Source: Podarcis muralis (taxonomy: Eukaryota). Taken from it: a DNA stretch of 64,000 nucleotides. The stretch lies in NCBI RefSeq assembly GCF_964188315.1, contig NC_135667.1, positions 25,916,001 to 25,980,000 of the forward strand, in the 5' to 3' direction. This document shows positions 34,629-46,758 of the stretch, piece after piece; within the stretch, counting starts at the first letter, position 1; every line of letters starts with the position of its first letter. The position numbers and the translations under genes are program-made. The notes below the pieces were generated by a model. The model ran no database searches. It worked only from the letters and a program-made list of their open reading frames with translations, and had not been told where the DNA came from.

Positions 34629-36265
34629 TTCTTTGAGGTAAAACTAATAAGAAGGTTAAAAAGTGCCTCTCAAGTCTTATAGTTTCGTGTCATCTCTCAG
34701 AAAAGGTCCTGGAAAGGTCAGGGTAATTTAACCTTCCTTTCAGCATGGAGTTTAAATATTTATCACAGATTTTAAAATGTGTAATATGGGCAGTAAAATA
34801 AAACATGTGCAATGGTTTTGACCTGTTTTATATTGCAATAATAATGCCTTTCTGAAGATGGAATTTTTGAGAATCTTCTGTGCAGAATTACAGGTGGCAT
34901 GATGTGAAATATTGCAAGGGGAAAAGCTCTATGTTGGTGAGGCGTCATATAGGTGATGTATATATGGAGTGGCCTGACCAAGCAAAGGTAGAATCCCTAA
35001 CCCCAACAGAGAAGAAACCTAGGCGGTATGTCTGGAAGTCCTGGGCTATGCAGATGACAAAACCCTCTCTTGGTCTCACTGATGTGGTCCAAAGGAAAGC
35101 AGAGCAATACATTTGACACCAGCTTGGCTGCAGGAGTTGCCAGAAGGAAGCACAAGGTGCCATCCAACCGTTTTAGGCACTCCACTCCAGATTTGTGTAG
35201 GGTTTACTCCTTAGCCATTTATTCTCCTGAAGAAATCCCCTTACTTCCCTCTACAGAAGTGTTTCCCAACCTTGGGACTCCAGCTGATTTTGGACTACAG
35301 TTCCTATCATCCCTGACCACTAGTCTTGCTAGCTAAGGATGATGGAAGTTCTAATTCAGGAGCTCCTGTCTGACAACTGCAACTTGATTTGTACAATTTT
35401 CCATGAGGAAAAAAATCAGTTGAATGAGGATAAGGGAGAGAAAATCAAAGAAATAAGCAATTAAGTTAAATCTGTTTCCTATACTTTAAATTAAAATGAA
35501 TAAGTCCCATTAATGTTCCCCCAATAAATAAAAAGCACAAAAACATACAATTTATCAACAAGACTGATTAGATAAATAAGGCCATTATTGCATTTGGTAT
35601 TTGTGCGTCACCGAACACACAAGGTCTGATAGTTTTCTACTCACATTTGCTTTAAATCGTTCCAGAATCAAGCATGATAGTTTCATAGGTACCTATGTTG
35701 TGGCTTCATTTTTTTTGCTCTGTGAATAAATCTAATAATGCATTTATTTCATTTTGTCTATGGCCCAATTGTAACAGTCAGCTTAGCTTGCTTGTCGTAT
35801 TTTTTTTCCAGTGGCTAGATACTGTAGATGTCTTTCCTTTAAATAAAGTCCCCTGGCTTTCTGAAGACACACCAATGAGTGCATCTACTAATGTGTAATT
35901 AGTTAGCAGACAGTCTCTCCAACCTGACACAACTGGCTGGTGTGTGGGTGTGGGTGTAGGTGTAGGTGTGTATAAAGGGGATAAAGGATACAACAAAGTC
36001 TTAAATGAACTTCTGCCTTGGTTTTGCTCTAAAGTATTCCCTTGGTATTAATTTATCCAGTTTAGTCTAATTTAAGTCAGTAATGATGGCATAAAGGTTA
36101 ACCCTTGTTCAGAGCATTTAATATTATCAATAGAGTGAATATGCTACACTTCTGTATTTGGCTAAGTGTAGAGTTCTAATTTTCATAAATGCTCATAAAT
36201 AGTTTAATGGATTTAGATCTATGACTTGAGAGTCTGTACTTATGGTACTTTAAAAGCACTTTTAA

Positions 36266-36956
36266 AGCTCTACCTCTCATTTAAATCAGAACCAGGGAAG
36301 GCAGTGAATATCTTATGTGAGTGTCTGGAGGCAGCTGGAGGATGGATGGCAGCTAACGGATTGAGGTTGAATCTCGACAAGACAGAAGTATTGTTTCTGG
36401 AGGACAGGGTGAGGGCAGGTTTGGGGGATTCCCTGGTCCTGAATGGGGTGCCTGTGTCCCTAAAGGAGCAGGTGTGCAGCCTGGGAGTCCTTTTGGACTC
36501 ACAGCTGTCCATGGAGGTGCAGGTCAACTGTGTCCAGGGCAGCTGCCTACCAGCTCCATCTGGTATACCGGCTGAGATCTTACCTGTCTGCTCACTGTCT
36601 CACCAGAGTGGTACATGCTCTAGATATCTCCTGCTTGGACTACTGCAATGCTCTCTATATGGAGCTACCTTTGAATGTGAATCAAAAACTACAACTAATT
36701 CAGAATGCAGCAACTAGACTGGTGACTGGGAGCAGCTGCCAGGGCCATATAACACTGGTCCCAAAGGATCTACACTGGTTCCCAGTATGTTTCTGAGCAC
36801 AATTGCAAGTGTTGGTGCTAACCTTTAAAGCCCTAAACGACCTCAGCCCTGTATACCTGTAGGAAAATCTCCACCCCATCATTCAACCCAGACATTGAGT
36901 TCCAGCACCAAGGGCTTTCTAGCGGAAAGAAGTAAAGCTACAGGGAACCAGGCAGA
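36266..36956 (+). mobile_element. L2-like LINE, decayed RT C-terminal fragment
   Basis: LYLSF...WMAANGLRLNLDKTEVL...LGVLLDSQL; CLDYCNALYMELP..KLQLIQNAA.RL..HIT.V..DLHWFPV; frameshifted. Confidence 0.85.
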
Positions 36957-37289
36957 AACGTCATAGTTGGTGCACAGTCTTGATTCAAAATGGCACCTGA
37001 CATCCAAACATTGATGAAGGCCAGCACTCCCACCTGGGAACCCCTCATGCTGAGTTTGGAAGTGTTATGTAGATAGGTGGCCAAACCATTACTTCAAAAA
37101 TGGTGAAGTCATACCAAAGTGAAGTTTTGGGCCTCCATTTTGATTCAAACTGGCAGCTGACATCCAAACATCATAAAAGATCACTGCCCCTACCTCAGGA
37201 TCTGAGATAGATATGGAACTTGGTGTATGATTCATATAATATGGTCAAGGACAGTCTGGAAGTTTCCTGGAAGACTTAGTTTTATAATA

Positions 37290-37541
37290 CAGTAGTACCT
37301 TTGTTTATGAACTTAATCCGGTCCAGAAGTCCGTTCTTAAACCAAAGCATTCTTAAACCAAGGCGTGCTTTCCCATAGCAGCGGGGGACTCAATTTACAA
37401 ATGGAACACACTCAACAGGAAGTGAAACATGTTCTTATTCCAAGGTAAAGTTCACAAACCAAAGCACCTACTTCTGGGTTTGCAGCATACTTAATCCAAG
37501 TTGTTCATAAACTAAGCTGTTCGTAAACCAAGGTACCACTA
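37290..37541. mobile_element. Tc1/mariner-type MITE (second family)
   Basis: TA-CAGTAGTACCTTTG...CCAAGGTACCACTA-TA. Confidence 0.75.
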
Positions 37542-37686
37542 TACTAGATTCAAGCACAGTGTGGAAATCGATTGTGAACACCTGCCTAAATCTCATCTAA
37601 ATAAATACTAAGATGATGACTTGTTACAATGCACACAACTATAAACTGTCTCTACCCAAGTACAAGTGTTTGTGTGAAAGAGTGTA

Positions 37687-37928
37687 CAGTGGTACCTCGG
37701 GTTAAGTACTTAATTCGTTCCGGAGGTCCGTACTTAACCTGAAACTGTTCTTAACCTGAAGAACCACTTTAGCTAATGGGGCCTCCTGCTGCCGCCGCAC
37801 CGCCGGAGCCTGATTTCTGTTCTTATCCTGAAGCAAAGTTCTTAACCTGAAGCACCATTTCTAGGTTAGCAGAGTGTGTAACCTGAAGCGTATGTAACCT
37901 GAAGCGTATGTAACCCGAGGAACCACTG
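37687..37928. mobile_element. Tc1/mariner (Tigger-like) MITE
   Basis: TA-CAGTGGTACCTCGGGTT...AACCCGAGGAACCACTG-TA. Confidence 0.88.
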
Positions 37929-38357
37929 TACACTTCTTGATTTGTACAGCTCAAGCTATTGTTACTGAGGGATTTTTCATTAGTATGATTTGGCGAAGGG
38001 CATGAGAGGACAGTCCCCTGGCCATGTCATGTTTTAAGTTTGCTGCGGCCATTCCTCCCACCAGCGATGATTGGACAGCAGGGCTGCCCATGGGCAGGGC
38101 CCCGCCCAGTGCCAACAACACAGCCAGACGGCTACGAGGAGGGTGTCGGTCTACACCCCCAGCTGGATCACTGCGGGACCTGATGCCCAGCTGCAACGCT
38201 GCCCACCATAAAGGGTAAGCGGACTTTCTCTCCCCCAGCCCCTAGTTGTTGGGACTCAAATATTTGTGGGTTGTTTTTTTTTTTGGGGGGGGGGGAAACT
38301 TGATGGTTCATAGACTATTAAAGAGCATCAGTTTAACTGAAAGGCCATAGGGGTAGG

Positions 38358-38358
38358 G

Positions 38359-38395
<37 letters not shown>
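38358..38395. repeat. (GTT)n microsatellite
   Basis: Direct reading. Confidence 0.95.
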
Positions 38396-38396
<1 letters not shown>

Positions 38397-38814
38397 AAGA
38401 GCTGATTGTGCAATTGAAAAGATGACTGCTCAGGTGAAAAGGCTTCAACTTGACAATTTGGCAATTGACAACATCAGACTAGAAAGCAAACCTGACTCAG
38501 AAGCTTTTAAAAAGGTCATGTGCCATCATTCAAACCACTCCAGGCAGTTATTATAAAGTTTTCTCACTGGTGTGTCTGGTTTCCCTAGAATTTTGTCTTT
38601 TATCCTGAGTTAGCTTCTAATGCACAGAATGGTTTTCTGGTCGTTATTTTTAGCTACGGGATAAAGATGAGGGGGATTTACTAATTCAGTCCCAAATTCT
38701 GAAGGTCATGTCTCGTTTAATTATATATATGACAAGGTCTCATCCAAAAGAGAAAGAGGCTACAATTATTCTCACAGTGTCTGTCTTTCAGAGTTCTCTG
38801 CTCTGGCATCTGTT

Positions 38815-38816
<2 letters not shown>

Positions 38817-38862
<46 letters not shown>

Positions 38863-38966
38863 TTATTTGTACCCCGCCCATCTGGCTGGGTTTCCCCAGC
38901 CACTCTGGGCAGCTTCCAACAAATATTAAAAATACATTAAAATGTCACACATTAAAAACTTCCCTG
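38817..38966 (-). mobile_element. LINE (L2-like) 3' end with (AAT)n tract
   Basis: (AAT)n followed by TTTGTACCCCGCCCATCTGGCTGGGTTTCCCCAGCCACTCTGGGCAGCTTCCAAC; related to 9118-9262. Confidence 0.65.
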
Positions 38967-39434
38967 TACTTCCAATAGCAACAGGGTAAATTATTGGGCA
39001 AGTGTCTGATCTTTGGTCCTACTCATCACTAACTCTTGCTTTCATTAAATGGGGCCATATGCTCCCTTCATATCATGGTAGGAAAGTGCTAGATAATAAG
39101 AGCTCTGCTGATTCCCCAGGTCATATCATAAGGAATGCCCAAGAGAACAAAATAATAATAATCTCTTGAGAGAAAGTGCCACCTTGTAGAAAATAAAACC
39201 CTTATGAAGTTGTTAGATGTAGTTCTCTTTATTTCAGAGCATTGTCATGTTGCTGAGAGACATAGTGGATTATGGTGTCAGTGGATGCGGTAAGTATACA
39301 GAAACGTAGGACACAATATCCCAGGCTATAGTCATTGGAATACATATCTTATACCAATGGTCAAATCCTTTTCAGATTGTTAGATCATTGTTTGCAGTTA
39401 TGCAGAGGAACTGCAGTTGGTAGCCCTTGCATCT

Positions 39435-39578
39435 GAACCAGGGAAGGCAGTGAATATCTTATGTGACTGTCTGGAGGCAGTTGGAGGATGGATGGCAGCT
39501 AATGGATTGAGGTTGAATCTCGACAAGACAGAAGTATTGTTTCTGGAGGACAGGGTGAGGGCAGGTTTGGGGGATTCC
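39435..39578 (+). mobile_element. Isolated 144-bp internal L2 fragment
   Basis: 3 mismatches in 144 bp versus 36289-36432. Confidence 0.85.
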
Positions 39579-40238
39579 ATATTTTCACATTTATTTTCAC
39601 ATTATTCTGGTATTTAAATTTAAAACAAAGATTTATGGGATGGGTGGGGAAAGATGAGCTAAGTTCGATGTGCATTGTGAAAAGGAAACTGCACACTACC
39701 TAGTTGCTATTAAGCAACTGGAAGCATGTTTAAAAATACAACTCAGCTTGGATCACCTCGTGTTTTGCCACCCTTGGAATTCTTACATAAAAGGTGTAGA
39801 TTTTTATGAAGGGTTGCCATATTTTGAAGACCAAAAAAGGGGAAATTTGGCGGATGGATATATGTGAACTGATCCTTAAAACCTGCACAGAAATAGGATG
39901 GAAAAGACTTCAGTCTTATTTGGTGGTGAACTAGGCCCAAAACTGATTTTGTCCTTGAACTTATTCCTATTTGTGATTCATGGACCAATCGCTCCATTCA
40001 GAAAGTGCCTTGGTTCATGCATGCCAAACGATAGCTACCATTTTGCCTAGCTCCATTTATCTTATCAATTCACACTGAAATAAAATGTGTAAATAGCTCT
40101 GAACAATATAAAGGTTAAGCAGATTGTTACCGTAATTTGTTTATCAAGTGTATGTCATTATTACATTTTCCTCTTAAGAATACCATAGCTGCCATGATGG
40201 TCTTTCTATTGCTATTTTCCTCTTAGGTAGCCACCTCA

Positions 40239-41174
40239 ATAAATCAAACTGCCATCACAGAATTCATCCTCCTGGGATTTGGACATCATCCTGAACTACA
40301 GTTTCTGTTCTTCTTGATATTTCTGAGCATCTACATTCTAACCTTAATGGGGAACCTTCTCATTGTTGTGTTAGTTGTGAATGATAGACAGCTTCATACG
40401 CCCATGTATTTCTTCCTAGGGAACTTGTCCTGTTTGGAGATTTTCTATACCTCAACTATTCTGCCCAGAATGCTAGTCAGTTTCCTAACAGAGAATAGAA
40501 CCATTTCCTTTTCTGGGTGCTTTATACAATTATATTTATTTGGTTTTCTGGTGACTGCAGAGGCATGTCTCTTATCTGTGATGTCATATGATCGGTATTT
40601 AGCAATTTGCAAACCACTGCAATACTCGTTTCATATGAACAGCAAGGTCTGTATCTCTTTAGCAGCAGCATCATGGATAAGTGGTTGTTTCTCTGTCTCT
40701 GTGGTAGTCATATGGATGACACAATTAACTTAATGTGGTTTCAACGGAATTGACCATTTCTTTTGTGATTTTATACCTCTCAGTAAGTTGGCCTGTACTG
40801 ACACTTCATTAATTATGGCGATAGCCCTTATGTTATCTTCCTTATTCACTTTCCCTTTATTTATGTTGACCATAACATCTTACATTTGCATAATCTCAGC
40901 CATTTTGAGGATTTCCACCACTTCTGGGAGGCAAAAGGCATTTTCCACTTGCTCCTCTCATCTCATTGTAGTCACCATTTTCTACGGGTCCTTAATGATT
41001 GTTTATGTCCTCCCAGATGACCCCAAACTGAGAGGCTTAACCAAAGTGCTTTCTACTTTCTACACGATCCTTACACCAATGATCAATCCCCTCATATACA
41101 GTTTAAGGAACAAGGAGGTTAAGATGGCTTTGGGAAAACTGGGCCAGACATGCATGTTGTCCATTAGAACTTAG
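40239..41174 (+). pseudogene. Olfactory receptor pseudogene (family 11-like)
   Basis: A single reading frame NQT...LHTPMYFFL...MSYDRY...KAFSTCSSH...YSLRN with an in-frame TAA at 40731-40733 (T*CG). No ATG before NQT (ATA at 40239). Confidence 0.88.
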
Positions 41175-42830
41175 AAAACCATATTATCTAAGTAGGACTA
41201 GATATGTAAAAATACAAACACAGAAACAAGTTCTTCTTTTAATTGACTGTATAAATAATGAGAAATAAAATGTGATGGATATTGAAATAAGAAAACACAT
41301 CATAGGATTTGATTTTCTTTGAATTTTGTCTCTCTGAACCAGAGTAGGCAGCACAATTTCTTCCAGATGTTGCTAAACTACAACTCACATCTTCCCTGCT
41401 ATGTTAACAATAACTAAGACTATTGTTCTTTGGAGTCTAACAATATGTGGAGGACACCACTTGGCTATCCCTGGTATAAATTATTCATTCAAGCTAAACC
41501 ATATGTTGTAACTTTTATTACCATTGTATATATGCCTAATTAACACACATATCTAAATTCCAAATTATGGCAAATATGTACTTCATGAATACTTGATCAA
41601 TTGATATGATAGTTGTATTGAAATCAATATGATATAAGTTCTCATCAACCTAAGTCACATTGATTTCAATGTTTCTGCTCTAAGCATGGTTAAATCTGGA
41701 ACCAACTCATTCTGTACAATACTTTTATCTGGATTCTGTCAGAATGTGGATGGAATGTTTGAAAATTAATTTTAATCCAGAGCTATGTAAAAATTAAAAA
41801 TACATTGGCACTTATATGTTAACACACTTTCTAAAGGATATAACAGCCAAATGGGATCAGACCAAAGGTCATCAAGCCCAATCATCTGTTCTCACAGTGG
41901 CTAACCAAATGCCTATGGCAGGGAGAGCCAATGTTATATCATTTTTTTGCCCCACGTTGCATCAAAAGTTTTGGGGAAAGTTGTAGACCACAACATCTGG
42001 AGAGCACCATGACATGAGTGTGGCAGTACCTTCTTGCTCATGATCCCCAGCAAATAGAACCCATTTTTATGTAGCTAAATAGATAGATAAAAAGTCCTTT
42101 GAATTGCCACTAGTTATTATAGTTTATACACAGTGGATATTAAGCATTAAAAACAAAAAACAACTGTGCAGGTTCCCTATGGGTCAGCTACTGTAGGAAC
42201 AAGATACTCCAGTAAATAGACCTTTGTTCTAATGTAGCACGGCTCCTCTTATGTTCTTATCTTCAGAACAGCTTTCAACTGGAATTAGATTGCAAAGAAA
42301 TATTCAGATACAGGATAAAAGTCTAAAGAATTTGGACAACTTACAATGGACTTAAATTGACATCAGCTCATATTTGAATCCCATAAAATCATTGAGCTAT
42401 GTGATTAGCCTTAAAAACTCAAAGTGCTGAAAATATAACAATGTGATTTTGTATAAATGCATTAGGATTTGAATGCTCTGTAACCCTATGTAAGTGTCTT
42501 TCAGAAGACCCATGTATCTCTAGCCATGAATTTCACTAATGCTCAATGAACCTGGGGCTGAAAACATTCTAAGCTTGCACGAAATCCTAGGAAGTAGATA
42601 ATTATTCTTGATTCAAATTTGTGTACAACAAACACTTTGTAAAAACTTTATTTAACACAGTGTGGGGAAAGTAAACTCCACCAAGATATTGTAACACCTT
42701 TAAATAAATACATACTTCCTTTTAAAATAAGAATTATACATAAGCAAATAACTTTACTTATTACACACACAAAATGTTAATGATTAAAATAAATTGCATT
42801 ACACACAGCAATTAGGCACATATTTAAATA

Positions 42831-43057
42831 CAGTGGTACCTCAGGTTACATACGCTTCAGGTTACAGACTCTGCTAACCCAGAAATAGTGCTTCAGGTTA
42901 AGCACTTTGCTTCAGGATGAGAACAGAAATTCTGCTCTGGCGGCGCGGCAGCAGCAGGAGGCCCCATTAGCTAAAGTGGTGCTTTAGGTTTAAGAACAGT
43001 TTCAGGTTAAGTACGGACCTCCGGAACATATTAAGTACTTAACCTGAGGTAGCACTG
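42831..43057. mobile_element. Tc1/mariner (Tigger-like) MITE
   Basis: TA-CAGTGGTACCTCAGGTT...AACCTGAGGTAGCACTG-TA. Confidence 0.88.
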
Positions 43058-44025
43058 TATGGGTGACAATCGAAAAAGGTGTGTATGAAGAAAGCTTTAG
43101 TTACATTATAGGCATATATAGGGATTATATCACTCTGTCAAGTCTTTTCATAAGGGATCCTGGGATTTCTGAGCTGATGTGGGAGAGAAATTAATTTCCA
43201 TTACCAAATTTGCACTTCCTAAATCAATACATGAACCAAGAAATAGATGTTCTTTGAAAGTTTCACTTCACAAAGTTTGTGATGCAGCTGAGAACACCTA
43301 CAAAAATTCAAAAAATGCAGGCAAAAGAAGTGTACAGAAGTGAAAATAGCGAACAAAATTGTATTCTGTGAAATGAAAACTGCTTGCAAAAAAGCTGTAC
43401 AAAAAATTGCATATGCGGAGAAAAGCGTGCAAAAACGTGTAAGAATTTTCATGAGAATCTAAAAATGAAAGACAAATGGGGGCAGAAACTGGGTGAATTG
43501 GACTACGACTGGAAAAAGGAGAAATTGCGAGAAATGAGATTTTGACAGATTCATCCAACTGCAAATAGTTGGATGATAAAAATTGTGTGGTAATTCTTAC
43601 CACCGAACTACACGTCCTGTGGTTGGAGCAAGCGAATGATTTTAATTCTTTTAGGGAAGGAGAGGGGGAATAAGGGAGAATAAGAGAATAAAGGAGGGAG
43701 GAGAAAGAGAGATTTTGGCACCGGGGTGGAGGAAGGGGTGGTGGTTTGCCCTGGATGTCACCACTGAGGGGGGTGACAAACACGCTGCCCCAAACGGTCC
43801 AGCAACCGCCTCACCCTCAGCTATAGGGCAGCTAAGTGGGAGGAGGCAGGCAGACTCCTCAGAGGCCCCATGGAGCATCCTGCCCCAGCTCACCCCATCC
43901 CCATGGGTGGCTAGCCCTGCCCCTGGGCACAGGGCATGTGCGCCACCCCAGGCGCCCAATCGGCTTGCTCCGCCACTGTTTGGCACATCAGAGCTAATGA
44001 GCATTTTGCCCACATATTGTCTTTT

Positions 44026-44997
44026 CTACCAGCAAACCATGATCATAGCTCCAGTATTTTTAACAAAGACCCGGTTCCTACTCATCAACTTCTTCAAAGC
44101 ATCCTTTACCTCCTTATTCCTTAAGCTATAAATCATTGGATTGAACAGTGGGGTGACTACTGCATAAAAAACTGATGCCACTGTGTCCAGCTTAGAAGGA
44201 GAAGGGGAAATGGGTCTTGTATATATGAAGATAACTGTGGCATAGTAAATCACCACCACAGTAAGGTGTGAGCCACAGGTGGAAAAGGCCTTTTGTCTCC
44301 CACTGGCTGAGGGGATCCTAAGTATGGTTGAGATTATAAAGGTATAGGATACCATGGTGAGCAAGCAGGTGCTGAGGATGACAAAGGAGGCCAGAACTGT
44401 GACTAGGGTAGAGCTGACAAAGGCATTGCCACATGACCGCCTCAACAGGGGCCCAGCATCACAAAAGAAATGGTGAATCTCCTTAGGCTCACAGAATGAG
44501 AGCTGGGAGATGAGGACAATGGGGAGCAAAGGAGCTAGAAATCCACCCACCCAGGCTGCTGTCACCAGCCATGTAGTTACTTGCAGAGTCATAAGAGTTG
44601 GATAATGAAGAGGACGGCAGATGGCCAAGTAGCGGTCATAAGCCATAGTAGCCAGGAGGAAGCATTCAGTGGAGCCCAAGGCAAAGAAAAGATAGAGCTG
44701 GGCAATGCAACCCGCCACAGTGATTGTACTCCCACCAGCCAAGAAACTTTCCAGCATCTTCGGCACAGTGGAGGTGGTATACCAGATCTCCATGAAGGAG
44801 AAGTTGCCTAGGAAGTAGTACATGGGTCGCTGCAGTTTTGGGTTTGCCTTAATGACTGAGATGATGACGATGTTGGCAGTAACAGTGAGAACATAGGTGG
44901 CCAAGGCTAGGGTGAAGAACAGCATAGAAAGCTGTGGAGAAGCTGAGAACCCCAAGATGACAAACGCCTTTACCACACTCCTGTTAGAAGATTCCAT
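44026..44997 (-). CDS. Olfactory receptor, family 6/11-like, intact (323 aa from MESSNRS)
   Basis: NRS, LQRPMYYFL, MEIWY, MAYDRYLAIC, KAFSTCGSH, PLFNPMIYSLRN; CTAACCAG acceptor-like motif upstream. Confidence 0.92.
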   Translation of the reverse strand: MESSNRSVVKAFVILGFSASPQLSMLFFTLALATYVLTVTANIVIISVIKANPKLQRPMYYFLGNFSFMEIWYTTSTVPKMLESFLAGGSTITVAGCIAQLYLFFALGSTECFLLATMAYDRYLAICRPLHYPTLMTLQVTTWLVTAAWVGGFLAPLLPIVLISQLSFCEPKEIHHFFCDAGPLLRRSCGNAFVSSTLVTVLASFVILSTCLLTMVSYTFIISTILRIPSASGRQKAFSTCGSHLTVVVIYYATVIFIYTRPISPSPSKLDTVASVFYAVVTPLFNPMIYSLRNKEVKDALKKLMSRNRVFVKNTGAMIMVCW

Positions 44998-45289
44998 GTC
45001 GACATTCTCTCTGGTTAGCAAAGTTGTGGAGAAGGAGTGACAAAGGGAACAAAAAGGGGAAAGATTAATGTGCTATATTTAAGAACATTTATTTATATTT
45101 GTTATTAGGAATGTCAGAAATGTGATGAATGTGATGAACAGGGATGGAGAACCAAATGTATCCTTCCATACTTCTCTATCTATATCCCTAAATGTTGAGG
45201 AATGTACATCCATATACACTTTATACTTCATGTAGTTGATGGGAAAAACTAATGTAACATAGGGGCATCCATGATGAGCATGATTGCCA

Positions 45290-45990
45290 ACTCTAGATCA
45301 TGGCAAATTCCTGCAAGAGTACATGTGCAGGTATTTCCCCAGTCTTGGCAGGCTGTATGGATATGACTAACTTAACACCATTAATTGCAATGGGTCTTCT
45401 CTGTTTATTCAAATCTTTTTCCATGTCATGTGGGAAAGCGTGTTCTCCTTCATGGAGAGCAAGTGTTGCGGTGGGGGCCGCCAGGACACTCCAAAGTTGG
45501 GGGTGGGCTAATTGTTCGTTGGTCACTGATGCGATTGGGGCTTCCCTTATTGTTGGGAAGAAGTTAATGTTGCCATTTGTTGATTGACAGCCAGAAATGC
45601 TAAAACTCCTTGCACGAGGCTAGGGCTTCCTCTTTTCGACCGTGCATCGGATTGCCCGTCCCCCCCCTCCCTAGAATTAGGGTTGTTCGCTTTGACCTTG
45701 CTATGCCTGTCATGGGGTCGTCTGCTCTTGGGGCAGGGGCCCGGTAGGAATTTTGTCCATCTGGCTGATTGGCTGGGGCCATTTGGTTTTTGCCTAAAGG
45801 TAAAGGTAAAGGTACCCCTGCCCGTACGGGCCAGTCTTGCCAGACTCTAGGGTTGTGCGCCCATCTCACTCAAGAATCCTCACAACTTGTAAGGCTACGG
45901 TTAGGCATTGGTTTATGGTTTGGTTGGTTGAGGGGCATGGATTGGTTGTGCCTGCCCCTCTAATGCTGCTGCCCTATAGGACGAAAAATA
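45290..45990 (+). repeat. Unclassified LTR-like repeat family copy, with a nested SINE tail
   Basis: GGGGCCCGGTAGGAATTT, TGGTTTTTGCCT...TCACAACTT and GGTTAGGCATTGG are shared with 27670-27830. Confidence 0.45.
45796..45875 (-). mobile_element. Sauria SINE / Bov-B-related 3' tail fragment
   Basis: AAAGGTAAAGGTAAAGGTACCCCTG...GACTCTAGGGTTGTGCGCCCATCTC is the reverse complement of the (ACCTTT)n-tailed squamate SINE end. It interrupts the host repeat relative to the 27725-27765 copy. Confidence 0.75.
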
Positions 45991-45991
45991 C

Positions 45992-46025
<34 letters not shown>

Positions 46026-46079
46026 GCTGTAACTCTTTGTATTAATGTGTACATATTAATCCATGCACACACACATAGA

Positions 46080-46523
46080 TGTTCAGTTTCTGTTAATTGG
46101 TTCTCGTGGGAAACTTGCAGATTCTAGCTTCGCACAATTAACTCAGGCTGGTGTCAATTTACTCTTGGCAGAAAGCCCAGGTCTGCTTGACCTAGAAACT
46201 ACTCACTCTGATTGGTTAACGACCAGCACTCAACTCTGTTATCAAGGGTTTGCTAGCTCAGTTTGAAGTGAGGTGTGTTAGGAGTAGAAGTGCTGTGTAT
46301 GGGTTTGAGAGAGAGAGAAAGAGAGGATTTATTTTGTTGTATTTGTATGCAGAAACTCTGCTGGTTTTATTTTCTCCTTTTTTAATAAATCCTGTAAATA
46401 GTTATTCTGAGTCTAGCTGACTTGTCATTACTGCCGCAACTAGCTTCCTCGCTGTGCAGGAAAACTCTGCTACGTTTGGGCTAAAGCCAATAGGGCTATG
46501 CCTGACACTTCAAAGTTCCATGA
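46080..46523 (+). repeat. Copia 5' LTR
   Basis: Direct repeat of 50775-51218; AATAAA at 46384-46389; begins TG, ends GA. Confidence 0.95.
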
Positions 46524-46533
46524 GGTTATGGGC
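46524..46533 (+). promoter_or_regulatory. Copia PBS complementary to the anticodon-arm region of initiator tRNA-Met (half-tRNA priming type)
   Basis: GGTTATGGGC is the reverse complement of GCCCATAACC in vertebrate tRNA-iMet; same type as the Drosophila copia PBS GGTTATGGGCCCAG. Confidence 0.85.
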
Positions 46534-46758
46534 ATTGTGCTGCCAGCCTGAGTTGCGGTGGTGTCAGCATCAACGGCGTTGGTTCCAGTAGTTCCAGAGG
46601 TTGTTGTTCCTGGCTGGTTCCTGACCGTGGTGAGCTGGTGACGCAGTGGACACAAGGACAACAGCTGCAGCGTGTGAGTGCTGGGTGCTGTGGTTCCTGT
46701 TCTCTCTCTCGGTGGTCGTGAGTAGCTGGTTCCGGATTCCAGGGACATCGCTCTCAAG

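Noticed and set aside
36980-37200. Two about 160-bp tandem subrepeats (AAAATGGCACCTGACATCCAAACAT)
   Set aside because: Looks like the internal structure of a common interspersed repeat; could not be classified further by eye.
40731-40733. Stop-codon readthrough or recoding of the OR pseudogene
   Set aside because: TAA is the least leaky stop, there is no readthrough context, and the start codon is also missing.
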